Positions 25,459 through 39,282 of a stretch of DNA of 64,000 bases are shown here, one piece after another. Location of the stretch: positions 12,090,001-12,154,000 of the forward strand of contig NC_047029.1 in NCBI RefSeq assembly GCF_902652985.1, read 5' to 3'. The notes beneath the pieces were generated by a model that made no database searches, was not told the origin of the DNA, and saw nothing but the letters and a program-made list of their open reading frames with translations. Source of the stretch: Pecten maximus. Taxonomy: Eukaryota. Numbering within the stretch: the stretch's first letter is position 1; each line of letters starts with the position of its first letter. Both the position numbers and the translations under genes were made by a program.

Positions 25459-28400
25459 TGATAGGGTAACGACACAAATTGTACATCCAATACGAATTTT
25501 GTACGTCTTTGATACTGTATTTATGTAGCTGGTAATGAATGTGTTAGTTAGACAGGTTTACATAACTAGTATTAAGCAATTGTATTATCAATTGTGATCA
25601 CAAATTATCATATCACAGTAAAAGGTGCCGTATAACTTATAGCTCATTTTTATATTTTTTTTTATTATAATGATTGTAAAATACGAAGTACAGGGTGGCG
25701 ATCTTTAAAACAGGAAATGGCTTCTTGCAGTTACGCATGCGCACTACTTACAAAGATGGCAGCCTCCAGTTGCAACACATGTATAGTACCTAAGGTAACA
25801 AGTAATAGGGTAAATATACCCAACGGTATAGATCTATATCATCAGGACCAAACGGTTTATTTTTTACCAATGATATCAGTGTCGGGCATCTTATAATCTT
25901 GAAATAATATAAATGTCTGACATTTATTACATAAATAAAAAAGAAATGTGGAAGTCAAATGTATGCTATATATAAACTGTAACGATACTTTATTTTATAC
26001 TCATACAGCTGAGTGATGCTTATGTATCTTATGGTGTAACATGTACTTAACATTGCTGAAGGTGCACGGTGTCAAATGTTACTATTTAATTTGTATACAT
26101 AATTACATATGTGGGTTTGTTTTAACGTTTTTTCTAACTTTGAAAGGAGACATCTGTAGGTGGAATGATGTACAATGAGTTTCTTTTGTTTTTTAATAAT
26201 TGAAATGATTTTTAGACTGGCAAGTGTAATTATAGAGGAGTTCTCTATAATGGATAGAATTGGAAGTTGGGTGGGGGGGGGGGGGGGGGGGGGGATAGAA
26301 AATGTTTTTGAAAAAAATAATCACATCATCTATATAATTCTGCAACTTAATATATTTATACTTGTATTTTTACATTCTTGTGTTACTCTCGAATATGTAC
26401 ATGTTTTTGATCGCTGTTCTGGGAATCATATAACCATACACATCCTTTATCAGTATTTCATTGTACCTATTATTTTAAAAACATGGCAGTATTTATTTGA
26501 CTAAGGCTGAAGGTCTCAAGATTGGAAGTATTAATTGTAGAGGTTTGTCATCAGATCCAATAAAACGTAGAGATCTATTTGATAAATGTAGACAGAAGTA
26601 TGACATTACTTTTCTTATAGATACACATTCTGTTAAAAAGATTGAGAATTCATGTAAAGTCGAATGGGGTTATGAAGCCTGGTTTAATTCGTCAAATCAA
26701 ATTACATCAAATAGTAGGGGGTGTAGCAATATTGTTTAAAAATTCTTTTGGATTCTCTTTTTTATCTAAGAAAGAAGACAAAAATGGTAATTTTTTAATG
26801 ATAAATATTCATCTTACTTCATGTGATAAGAATTTAACTTTAATAGCCGTGTATGGACCAAATGGTACAGATGTAAACTTTTATCATCAACTATCTAGCC
26901 ATCTTGAATTTTGTGAAAATACCTCTCTCATTATAGGTGGTGATTGGAATACACCACAGAATTATGCAAAGGATACTAGAAACTATATAAATAGGAACAA
27001 TGCTGTAAATCGGGATAAAATTTTGGACATTATGGATTCATTTGATCTTGTAGATATCTGTCGAGAACAAAATCAAGATATAAATTGATATACTTGGCAC
27101 GATCCAAATAATAAACAGGCAAGGTTAGACTATTTTTTGATATCCTCAGATTCGGCCCCATTAGTTAATAAACGTGACATAGGGATAAGTTACAGGTCAG
27201 ATCATAGTCCAATATCAATAGTTCTAGATTTTATAAAACAGAAAAGGGGAAAAGGAACATGGAAGTTCAATAATAGTTTGTTGAGAGATCAAGAATATGC
27301 AATTTTAGTAAAGAGATGTATTAATGAAGTAATTAATCAATATGCAGAAAATCCAGAAAAAGATAATAAGGACTTATTAATTTTTAGAATCAGTGACACT
27401 TTATTATGGGAAACAATAAAATTCACTACAAGGGGAATGACTATTGCTTATACAGCACAGAAAAAAAAGAGATAGGGGCAAGGAAGAGAAGCAGTTAGAA
27501 TCAAGGTTAGAAACACTACAAAAAGCAGAACATAGACAAGTAGAACATATACAGGAATTAGAAAATGAATTAGAACTACTTAGAGAAAAGAAAATTAATG
27601 GTATTATCTTAAGAGCAAAAGCTAGATGGAAGGTGGAAGGTGATAAAAGTACCAAATATTTTTGTAACCTAGAGAAAAGACACTATCAGGAGAGACTAAT
27701 TCCTAAACTTATAAAAGATGATGGACATGAGGTAACAGATTTAGGAGATATTTTTTCATAGTAGAGTTTTTGTTCAAGTAGAACAAAAACTCTACTATGA
27801 AAAACTCTACTATAAATTTTTCTGGGTAGATATCTATAGATTTCTTATACGTTCTTTAAACCAGGCACATAGAGATGGTCAGTTTTCAATCTCACAGCGA
27901 CGTGGTATGATTACATGTATTCCCAAGGAAGGAAAATCCAAGTTATATATGAAGAATTGGAGGCCCATAACACTTTTAAATGTTGATTATAAAATTGCAT
28001 CATCAGTTATTTCAAACAGAATAAAGAAAATTGTAGACACTCTTATAAGTGATACACAAAAAGGTTTTATTAAAGGGAGATATATTGGTGAATGCACTAG
28101 ATTAATTGCAGATTTATTAGAAAACACAGAAACAAATAACATTCCAGGACTCCTTTTATTGATTGATTTCGAAAAAGCTTTCGACTCTCTAGATTTTAAT
28201 TTCATCTTTGACTCTTTACATTTTTATGGTTCTGGGCCTTCAATCATTCAGTGGACTAAATCCTTATATAGAAATAGCTCATGTTGTATTATAAACAATG
28301 GCCACTGTTCAGATTTTTTTGAAATACAACGTGGAGTAAGGCAGGGTGATCCTTCGAGCCCGTATATTTTTATCTTGTGCGTAGAACTACTTAGTTCAGC

Positions 28401-30368
28401 TATAAAAATTAATCCAAATATAAATGGCATTACAATAAATAATTCAGAATATTTAGTAAACCAGTTTGCAGATTATACATCTTTCACATTATCTGATGAT
28501 CCAGTTTCCCTTGCAACAACCTTAAATGTTTTAGATGACTTTGCAAATAAATCTTGATAAAACCCAAGCAATATGGATTGGGGCAAGACGGGGTTGTGGG
28601 TTGGAATTTCTACCCGAAAAAAAATTATTATGGAACCACCAAGGTGCTTTTAAACTTCTTGGTATTAAATACAATTTTCAAAAAACAAATATTTTTGAAG
28701 ATAACTACATTGAAAAAACTAAAAGGGGTTCAAAAATTATTAAAAGATTGGTCATTTAGAAACTTATTCTACATTGGAAGAGTAACAATTATTCGAACTC
28801 TAGCTTTGCCTATTTTTATTCAGACATTAACTGTCCTCCCGGACCCTCCTTCATATATTACTACTGAATTACAAAAAACTTTTTTTAATTTCTTGTGGGA
28901 TGGTAAGCCAGGCAAAATCAAGAGAAATATAATGTATAGTGATTATATAAATGGGGGATTACGCCTACCACATGTTTTAACTTTTTGTCATGCTTTAAAG
29001 ATGTCATGGATAAAAAATATTATGGATCCCTCAAATCATGCAGCTTGGAAAACATTACTTTTAGATAGATTAGAATGTGTTGGAGGGGATAAAACTTTTA
29101 AAATGACAAAAGATGGTTTAACAGAATTATCAAAAAAATTCAATACTTTTTGGAGGGAAGTTTTCATATCTTGGGCCTCTATACAAGAACATGTATCCCC
29201 CACAACCCCCGAAGAAATAATATCGCAACCTATTTTTTTCAATAACTATATTAAAAGAGGCAATAAACAATCAATTTATGTCATATGAAACTTTTTCTCA
29301 TAAATACAGTATAAATGTAAACTTTATAGAGTACTTTGGTGTTATTAATGCCATACCAGAAACTGGAAGGACATTCTACGGAATATTAATGGTATTGTAG
29401 ATATACCTATAATTCCATATAAGTTGATTAATTATTTGAATACACACAATAAAGTCACTAAATATTTTTATCATATTATGATCAGACCTCTTTCTGAAAA
29501 ACCAATTAATAGCCAAAGAAAATGGCAAGACATATTAAATACTGATATCAGTGATGAAACTTTGGAATTACTATATCTTCTACCAAGGGAGGTAACTGAT
29601 GATACTAAACTTATTAACTTTCATTATAAACTGGTACACAGGATATTGTATACCAACACTAAGTTGATGAAATGTAAACTTTCAGAAACAGAAAGATGTA
29701 CCTTCTGCACAATTGGAAGAGAAACTATTCTTCATTTATTTTGGGATCGTAGTATTGTTAAATCTTTCTGGCTTTTGTTTATGGAAATGTTGGAAAACAA
29801 ATGCCAAATAACTTACCTAGACATCCAATGACCTTTCTTTTTGGTGTAACAGACATAGAACATAATTATGAGATAAACATTTTATTGCTGCTTATGAGAT
29901 ACTATATATATTTGTGTAAATTGAAAAACACAACTCCAATATTTTCTGAAAGCAAAAAATACATCAACCATTACAATAAAATAGAAGATATGGGATTATA
30001 TACATATCATCATAAAAAACAAGAAAAGGTAAAATATAAATGGATTTTTATTAATCAACTTTTAAGTTAACAAGTTAACTGGTTGGTAAATTACACAATC
30101 TTTGTCTATTATTAAACCAATGGGTTTGTAAACTACACAGTTTCTGTTTAAAGTGTTACCATGTTTCATGAGGTAACAAAGATACATGTCCTTTCATTTT
30201 TACATGTGTAATATACTGTACATTCATATTAGGAATATAATGATAATTTAAATAATCTATTTAAAATTGTCATTGAATATTAAGTTGTAGTGTGAATAAT
30301 AATATATCCAATTACATATGCAATGTATAGATGTGTGATTATATGGAAAAAATTTGAATAAAAAAAAA
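25459..30368 (+). mobile_element. L1/Tx1-clade non-LTR retrotransposon, decayed, no ORF1 visible
   Basis: Flanked by a perfect 15-bp TSD CAACTTTATAAGGAT (25444-25458 and 30369-30383). It ends in AATAAA running into poly(A) at about 30357-30368 and contains a fragmented ORF2. Confidence 0.93.
26483..30070 (+). pseudogene. Disrupted ORF2 (AP endonuclease + reverse transcriptase + Cys-rich C-terminus) of the L1/Tx1 element
   Basis: EN motifs: SINCRGL, FLIDTHS, VYGPN, IIGGDWN, ARLDYF, SDHSPI, WKFNNSLL. RT motifs: NWRPITLLNVDYKI, LIDFEKAFDS, GVRQGDPSSP, QFADYT (active-site D changed to Y). C-terminal CTFC...ETILHLFW. Several frameshifts, stops and deletions split it into about 9 ORF pieces. Confidence 0.93.
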
Positions 30369-30383
30369 CAACTTTATAAGGAT

Positions 30384-30530
30384 ATTTATACTGTCGGAAA
30401 TTCCAAGAAGGACACCAATGCCCGGTTATACTCACAACTAGAAAATCAGTTGTTACTCTCTCAAAAGGCTGAACTCGGAGAGTAGGAACTACCTATTTCA
30501 AATACACTAGTAGATCTCCGCTGGGGAAAG
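30384..30530 (-). mobile_element. 5' half of an old family A SINE interrupted by the L1/Tx1 element (3' half at about 25351-25458)
   Basis: caagaaggacacc..cccggttatactcacaac..aaatcagttgttactctc..gctgaa..agtaggaactacctattt aligns to the family A core. The tail ttgtttggtttttatttttttgtttaacgtc lies left of the upstream TSD. Confidence 0.6.
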
Positions 30531-32829
30531 GTTCAAGGGAACACATTCAATACAAAGATCAAATGTATCAAAGAACACAATAAAATCAAAAAGAGTCGCT
30601 TAGAAACAAGAAAATATTAAGGCTAAGGGGGCAATAAAGAAATGCTGCCGTCAATGCGATTCCTTTTCGTTCTTACCCGTCTGCGAACCCTATGTTTTCG
30701 CGTTTAAAGAAACAAAAGCAAAAGGTGCAAGCGTTTAAACGCGCAAAACATTTTCAATAAATGCAATGATTATAATGATACCCCTAGTCGATCCGTAAAT
30801 ATTCAATTTGTCTAGTGATCATTACATTTGATGCATGTAGAAAGCGTGAACGCCAAGGCAAATAGGAAGGTCCGTATTCCTGAATACCGAGCTAACGTGA
30901 ACCGCCCTGAGTTGGGATATAATGTATAACATATATAACAGCGCCTCCTACACTTATATAACGACTAATGAATTAGGTTTTTTGGGGGTTTTTTTGACAT
31001 ATTTCAGACCCACATATGTCTATGTACAGCTACAGATACGGAATATTTGTATGCAACTATATTCAGTGCATTGCCAATTCTCAACAACTCGCGTGGTGTG
31101 TTTTATATGAAGTCTATGTTTACCGGACGATACACAATAGAAAACAACGCATGCCAACACAATGAGACTTCTGGTGTTTTTAATTATAAATTGAATTTCG
31201 AGTTTTCTTATACCTCTAATTTTACATTGGCAATACGGCTAATTCCACGCTATTACACTATTATTGCATGGCTCTAACATAAAAATAACAAAAACATATC
31301 TCATTTTCGAATACAAATATTAAATAGGTCTTGGCTGAGTTTTTTATACAAAATAAAGGATACATAATATGTATCATTTTTATCAGTACATTTATGTCTT
31401 GTGCTGTGCATAATTTCACTATCTATCTGGACTATCTGATACTGAAGCTGCCTGCCGAAACACAACATTTTTGACACATTTGCATGATATTTCATCGTTA
31501 TTAATGCGTCAGCAACCCTGTTTGTATACTGTACCGTGTCGGAGAATATCATAATCTATGGTAATATTTACGAGGGAATTTTGTTTACTTAAATAAAACT
31601 GAATCCATGACGGAGGATGTTTGCTTGAAGAAACATCTCGAAATTTTGACTATATATATTGATAAGATAAGATAAGTTTATTTCTGGTTCAGGACATTTT
31701 ATAGTCTCCTATACCGGACTCAAAAAAAACAACAGATATTTATATACATATACATAACACATTTCAAAAATATGTACACAAATACATTAAGATTAAATTT
31801 CAGTCCAGTATATTCCATTATGTTTTATATGGTTATTTCAACCGTATAGTTATAGAAGATTTCTTGTTTTTTATTATCAATAAAGATTCAGCATTCACCA
31901 GTGGATATCAATTATACAACTACATAGAGTACAGAGAGAACGTGGATCTCTGACGTATGAATCATGATTATTTGCCTGATATAAGAACATATACATTGAT
32001 TCTATATTGCTTTCAGATGTACTCTTACTAAAATAGAATAAAACTGAGTATAATCAGTCTAGGAACGTAACTGATCCCAAGAGTCCATGCTGGCGCTAAA
32101 TTCAAGAGTGATAAGATTGAAATATATTGTATATACATGTAACAGATTTCATTAATTTATGGAACATTCTCTTTCATGTGCTTGTGCAGTGGTTTCCTTT
32201 TGTTGTTATTGGTTCAGAGGAATATGGAAAGTGTGGATACTGGGATTTCATTTGGAAGTTGCAATAAGCACCAAATGATACTCATTTGACATTCGATGTT
32301 TGGTTTGCTAGAGAACATGAGTTTCTTGTTCATGCTTCCCCTGACACTATTGCTCAATGTTAGCCTTTGTTTTGAGCATTCACGACTGTGAAGGCGTTGT
32401 ACTGTAGTCGTGCTTCAGACCACTACATACCAAAGTCATTAAAAACGACAATTCAATGCAGTAGCTATATGTGAAAATAAGTCCAGTTTTTAGGGGAACT
32501 ACTTTTTATAATAAATAAATGATTTACAAAAAAGAGACACGCATTGTTTTGTTTTTTAACTGCTTTAATCGTAATTGAGGATATCTTGACGATTATTTTC
32601 CGCTACTCATTATTGTCGTATACATACAAATCACCTTCCGATTCTCATACATAAATCGCATCGCGAGAATCATTTAATACATTTTTCCCATTATACTATC
32701 TACTATCCCTTGCAACATAGGATGAAGGCATGTTACTTGGTATTTTGCGCTTTCTGCTAAGAGGCGAGTACTTTTTAAACAAAATTCTTCTTCTCCCCTT
32801 AACACTTTCTCGGTTTTGGTTCGTACAAT

Positions 32830-33054
32830 GTCTTGCTGGGTGTCTTCGGCAGTATGCTTCAGTGATGTAGCACTATAATTCCGCAAAAGGTCTGGACTAT
32901 CACAAGGAGACTTAACACAAACATACCACAGCCTCCCAAAACACACATACGCACTCACCTCACGTATGCATATAGCACGCACGAGAGGCCATACTTAACT
33001 GACCTTGTCTGTTGATAGGACGTTAAACAATAAAACCAAACCAAACCAAACCAA
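32830..33054 (+). mobile_element. SINE family A, 3' half
   Basis: tgctgggtgtcttcggcagtatgcttcagtga...ggacgttaaacaataaaaccaaaccaaacc. Confidence 0.9.
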
Positions 33055-33059
33055 CTGAT

Positions 33060-33355
33060 CAGGGGACATCAAAAAGCCTATGAAAAAGGCTCGCTTTATC
33101 CCACTGAATGTATCGTAGAAGGCGAATAAAGGTAGCCCTCCTGAAGAATCCGGGGCTTTTGTTTGTGTCTTCAATTTAGGGGACATTTAAAAGACCAAAA
33201 TAGATCTTCTGCCCTCTTCGCAACACTATGGACCATGGATATTTACTGTCTTCCCTTACTGCCCTGTCTTTCTATCCTTTATCTTACTCTAGGTATTGCC
33301 ACGACAACCTTCCTCATAAGTATGACCCTCTATAAACCTCTAACAAATCAAACAC
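33060..33355 (+). mobile_element. Family C copy
   Basis: atcccactgaatgtatcgtagaaggcgaataaa...ctcctgaagaatccgggg...tttaggggacat..gaccaaaatagatcttctgc...gcaacact...ctgtctttct...taaacctctaacaaatc. Confidence 0.7.
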
Positions 33356-36300
33356 ATTCACCACATATATATGCAGCTTGAACACAAGGAAGATAGTCCT
33401 TTAATGACCATAGCTGTTGATAGGACGTTAATCAATATGGAACTAAACTCTGCTTGACCTTAAACATGAATGATCTTTAAGGCATGGTATATATCGTGAC
33501 CAGAGTTGAATGCCACGTTAACGTGCCATTTTACAGTGTTTTTGAAGTCGGTATTGTGAAGGATAATCATTTGCATTCAGACGATCTCAGCTTTTACATA
33601 AATCATTTAACAACAAACAAAAAACCCATATGAGCTGGAAAGGTTTAATGTTAATTTTATTATAGCTTGCTCCATGGATGTAAGGCGAATATATTATTAT
33701 TATTTTTGAACGATATTTGAATTATTTTAAAGATGTTTAAGTCGTAGCATATGACAAAATGGAGACCACTTTCGTAAATGCTGGATTATTTAAATGTCAA
33801 TAATGGCGATGAATTCTGATTAGTATCTAAAGTAAATAAATAAGACTGACTCATCTCAAAGCCGTGTGGTAAGAATAATGAGAAATTACACATTTGGTGC
33901 ACTTCCTAATTTAATCCGAATTTAAAAGGCCTCATTGGCTTGTTGTATGGATAGTTTATTCTGCATCCTTGGTTGAATGTGGAGTTTTCATAATTGTCAA
34001 ACACCGCGTTAAACATGCTGTAACTACTTTCTGATTAGCGTGTCTAGAACACAAAATTAATTCAGAGCAAACCCGGAGCATACCCTTCCACACCAAGGAA
34101 ATTTACAAATAAAAACATATAATATATTAGTACCTGTAAAACCACGTAAAATTCTGACAATTTAAAATATATATACAATTAGTTGTAGTAATAAATATCA
34201 CGGGGCAGAACAAAAGGCATTACATAATTATACACAAATGCGTTATTTGAATATAAACACGGTAAGGATTGAATGAGGAAATACCAGGTCCAAGATGTTA
34301 AGATGTTATTCACTAGTTTCCTCGTACGTCGCAGGATCTTGTGTAAGATTATTGAATCTATGTCATAATTAATTAAAGTTTAATACAGTAATACAGGCTA
34401 AGGCTACAATCTAAGACGTCAGGTGTACATTTGTAGACTCGGAGATCTGCAAAAACTTATCCAAACCAAAATCATCGCATTGATACAGTTTTGTCGTTAG
34501 GTGTATTAGAGCAGAGACGTGTATATCAGAGAGATCGGTAGCATAAGTAAGTCTCGCTACATCTCGCATGCCGCTATTGTTACATGGAGAGGAAGCTTTG
34601 TGTCGCACGATTTGGCTGTGCGCCTGCGCCTAACACTGAACCTAGTTTTTGATCAAGGCTCAGCTCGTCCACTGAAACAGTGACGGGCCGTAAATACTGT
34701 AAATGATATTAATTACTACTGTCTTGTTCAAATAAATTCTACCTTAAATCGCCGGGTGTAACAAAAACAGAAAATAAAAGTTTTGACTGTCATAGTTTGA
34801 AACGATAAAACAGTTTCCGGACAGATAATATTTTTACTATGACAAATTAAGTTAAGATTTTTTTTCAAGTGTGTCTTATTTACATATCACAAACATGTAC
34901 ATAAATTAATCGACCGTAGGATCTTTCTCCTAATATTTTATTTTCTATGCATATTATTCCTGGTTTTAATTTTCCTGAAAAGTTTGACATTGTATGGTCC
35001 TTAATGATTACTTAATAAAGGAACATATAAGATATGTATGTCCCTGCTTGATGATTCCGCTGATAAAAATAGCGTTTGATACCTCCTGAAATTAGCTACA
35101 GACAATTATACAACTATCAGATTATTAGAAACATGTCAGGAATTTGCTTGTGTACTCATCACCGTTTGTCAACCTATCTCAGCTAAGTTGTGAATCGTAT
35201 CACAGGTACGTTGAAAGGTTCCTTTGAACTGCAGCCAGAGAACTTCAGATCTACAGTCCTACCTGTACTGGTATTGCATGTATAAGTTGTAGGTAAAACC
35301 GTCCATGGCCGGATGGGGTTGGGGTTGGGGGGAGGGGGATAATATGGCAGATAAAACTTCACTTCACTAGAAATAGAGTATCCTGCTGGTTCACCGAGGC
35401 AATTTCATTTGGTTCGAGTTCAGGCTGGCGGTCAGCATTCACTAGAAGTATATCCAAAGATCCTCATCTTGCGAGATACGTTTGTCAGACGCAACAAGAG
35501 CTTGTCCCCATTGCAAACGTCTACACCTGCCTTTAACTTAATCTAATTCCCCTGATTAAATTGTTTTTCGTTAATTGCAAACAATGTCTTTTGCCTCTAT
35601 GAATTCCTTAATGTCCTTTCGTTTGTTTTCCTCCTGAGAACTTGCTTGTATATGTGCTTGCAGTGCCTTAATTTCACCCGAAGGATTGTCCTCGATCAAT
35701 TTCAATTGTTCTTACCACTGAATGAAGATGTAAACCACAACTACCTGGCCATATAGGGAATTAACCTTCATTTTATTTGAATTTGCGTCTTGTTGATCCC
35801 TAATTGCACACACGCCTTGGGTAAAGTGCCAATACAAGCTCCAATTGCCATACTGATCACTACTTCTAATTGCAGGAAAATAACAAAGCTTCAACACCTC
35901 TAGGCCCTCAGCGATCGTTTGTTTAACGTTTTTGAATTAAGTTCAAAAGGCAAGTATAAACCATTGGGAATTTGCATTTTTGCACACTGCTCAACTGCTT
36001 TACTAAGGTTGATTAAGATATGACACCAACCACCCTAAAATGTCCCCTTAAATAAGACTAGACACGAATGTCCCGAGCAGAGCCAATACTAGGACATTAT
36101 TCATACCTGCATCTCTTATCGGGCTTACACCATTATGAATTAAAGTTGTTATCGCAAAGATTGCAGATCATGTTCTAACAATAATATAATTTTACGGCAT
36201 GTCATGTATTTGTATCTTTTTTGATTTTGAGTAGTGGGGGAAAGAAGTATAATTTTCTTTGGTAACTTATCAAAATTTTAAAAAAAATACTGGAAATTTG

Positions 36301-36877
36301 GGTGAACACTTCGTTTTGGAAATCTTTTACCAATTTTAAAGGAAACAATTCTCATTTTTGCGTGGGGCCGCGTAACTTAATGTTTGACGTCACAGGAAAA
36401 CAAAAAATGTGTAGATACGTCGGGATTGTAAGTCTGCAATTTGTAGCGCTTCAATGTTATAGTACTAATGAACACAAGAACAACCACACTTTTGAATTCG
36501 CTTTGAGTAGGAAGTTGTGAACTTGTTGTATGTATATAGCAAGCTATTAAATGTCCTTTTCTTGTGTCCCGGTTACGACGTGTCAGTATATGTTTCCTTA
36601 GAATGGTTCTTGAGTTGTTCATGTATGCGGTTACGACATCTTCATATTACATTGTTAACCATAGATGTTCAGAGGATATAACTCGACAAACAGATTAGTA
36701 TTATAACTTTTATGTAAAGAAAAATGGTCGTTTTTCGCTTATCCTAACCTAGACCGTGAACAGCGATAGCCTGGGCTAAATATTCAGGTACAATATCATG
36801 TGACATATTGTGATTCCCAATAGTATGAAAACATATCGCCGTTGTCCATTAGTGCGCTGCGCGTTGTGAACGAACAC

Positions 36878-37129
36878 TTTTGGTTTGGTTTGGTTTATTT
36901 TCTTTAACGTCCTATTAACAGCTAAGGTCATTTAAGGACGGCCTCCCGTGCGTGCGACATGCATGCGTGTGGTGAGTGCGTATGTGTGTTTGGGAGGCTG
37001 CGGTATGTTCGTGTTAAGTGTCCTTGTGATAGGCCGGAACTTTTGCCGATTTATAGTGCTACCTCACTGAAGCGTACTGCCGAAGACACCCAGCAGCACA
37101 CCTCACCCGGTCACATTATACTGACAACG
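36878..37129 (-). mobile_element. SINE family A, 5'-truncated young copy with TSD
   Basis: TSD AACGAACAC at 36869-36877 and 37126-37134 (4-nt microhomology with the SINE body). Intact (GGTTT)n tail. Confidence 0.92.
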
Positions 37130-38440
37130 AACACAAAGTGAATTTGACATATAAAATAGAAAATGTTATACTACCCATCCATGTACTTGTTTGTCTCTTG
37201 TCGACTCTGCGGATTGTTTACATTTTACTTTGAACGATACAGAATAAACCCGATACTTCATCTTTTTTATCCAAGAGTAATTTTCATTCTCAACATTTTT
37301 TTTTATCTTAATACTAAATCTACTTTTAACTGTTGAATCTTTCAAATACTATCACGAAACATTAAATGGTTTTAAAAAACATAAATATATATATAAAAAG
37401 ATAAATGTAGAGGATTCGAACTCCGAATGTTCATGTTGCTAGGTGGTGGCTTTAATGGAGTAAATACTTACAAATTTGATATTTTATATATGACTAACTT
37501 CTCTTTTTCAAATGTTATTAAACTACCGCATCAGAAGAGAATTACTCTTAAGGAATAGGATTTAAGCTGTCATTTTTTTTACACACAATAAGACATTGTA
37601 TTTGTCCAACGATGTGCTCTACTAGAAACTTGAATTCGGGGCGGAGGGAACCTCACTCGAACATACCTAAAAGCCTAATGAAGCAACTTTAAGGTCATAT
37701 AATGAAATATTCATCGCAATTATCTAACACGTTTTTTTCGAAATTGTATGTTATGTGCATAAGGGTTGTATTCAAAAGCTCAGTTTTTGAATTGATTTAT
37801 TCATTTATTCATTTGTAAAGGCTGGCGGTTAGGTCGAAATAGGCCAATATGCTCCATACATCATTATCTATCTCGTAGTTAGCCTTTTCCCCATTCCCTA
37901 TATGATCATTGTATTATTACCACGTCTCTCATGTAATCAATATGGCTATCGAAGTTCAAAATGACAGATATTCTTGGTGTGACTATAATTAACAAGAAAC
38001 CATTTTGCAATATCGGACAGATCTTCAACATGTGATACTTATCGAAATGTGAAATTCTAACTTCGTCGAAATAAAGGCAAATATCTTTCACTTCCGAAGA
38101 CACAAATACGTCATGCTCAACAATGGATAGAAATAAAATCTTGGTCGGTACTGTACAATCGAAATAACATTGAGGTAATAATCATCTACTATTGTAAAGT
38201 CAATTAACTTCTCGTAAATGTCCACATCAAGGAAATAAAACTGATACATTGATGAATATGTCTCTCCAATAATCTAATTTCCGGTTTAAAATTGAGTTTC
38301 ACGAGTGTTAATAAGGGACAGCTGTGTAATCAAATGGCATAGCCCTGACGTATACACATAAGGAGATGTTGGTAAGTCTATGTAAACTTATATACGAAAC
38401 TTACCACAAAATGCACCAACTAACAACAGTGCGGAAGGTA

Positions 38441-39282
38441 CTGTAAATCACCTATATTTCGCGTGGGATTTATTTTCGCGTTAATTTGCGGGGAGAATCA
38501 AACGCGAATTCAAATCCCTCGCGAATATTTATATAAGAATGACAAGAATAAGTGGCGTCCATTTTGAATCTATCGTAATCTTTAGTTGGTGAACAGACAT
38601 CTCCATTAAAGTAATAACAGAATGATAGATTATATACTTATATCAAAGTGTAATTTTATATCACAAAACACCAAAATTTCACAACACACAAAAAACCCGC
38701 TGAACACTAATATTGTAGTTGAACTCGGACTAAAATACCTTCTAGACGACAATTTAGTTAATTTAAGCGCAGTAGGTCCGGTCCCGAGGATCCCGGATGG
38801 TCACCCGGAAGACGTCGTTCTTTATTACCCGCGTTGTTGTTTATGTAAGCCTACATGTTTGTTGTACTTCACATCGCTTGATTCTACATGTTTGTTCCCT
38901 GTTTACGTAATTTGGACCGGCAAATTATCTTTGGTTACCATTTTTTTTAATTGGAGATCTGTGGCGTGGTCATGTCGGTGAAATAATGCAGAAAAACTAT
39001 ATATGAACGGGCGTGACACTTGTATATGGCCTAGAGGCATATACAGGTACGGTACATACAATTCAGTATAGACAGACATCGATATCACATGACTTTTCTT
39101 GTACCGTCACATGACTCTCATAAACAAAATGGCTACCAACATGGAAATATCGCCGACCTGTTAACGTTATTTGCGAATTTAATGCATTTTGAGGTCAGAA
39201 TTCGCGAAATTATGTATTCGCGAATAAGTCCACTGAGGTGAGTTCGCGAAATTAAGTACTCGCGAAATATAAGTGATTTACG
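38441..39282. mobile_element. MITE/non-autonomous DNA transposon with TIRs of about 22 bp and TTCGCG subterminal repeats
   Basis: Left end TA|ctgtaaatcacctatatttcgcg; right end cgcgaaatataagtgatttacg. Multiple ttcgcg/cgcgaa motifs cluster at both ends. The left TA suggests a Tc1/mariner-type target site. Confidence 0.75.

Noticed and set aside
37920-38330. Possible second Penelope RT remnant on the minus strand (FLDVDIYEK)
   Set aside because: A single short motif, too degraded to call.
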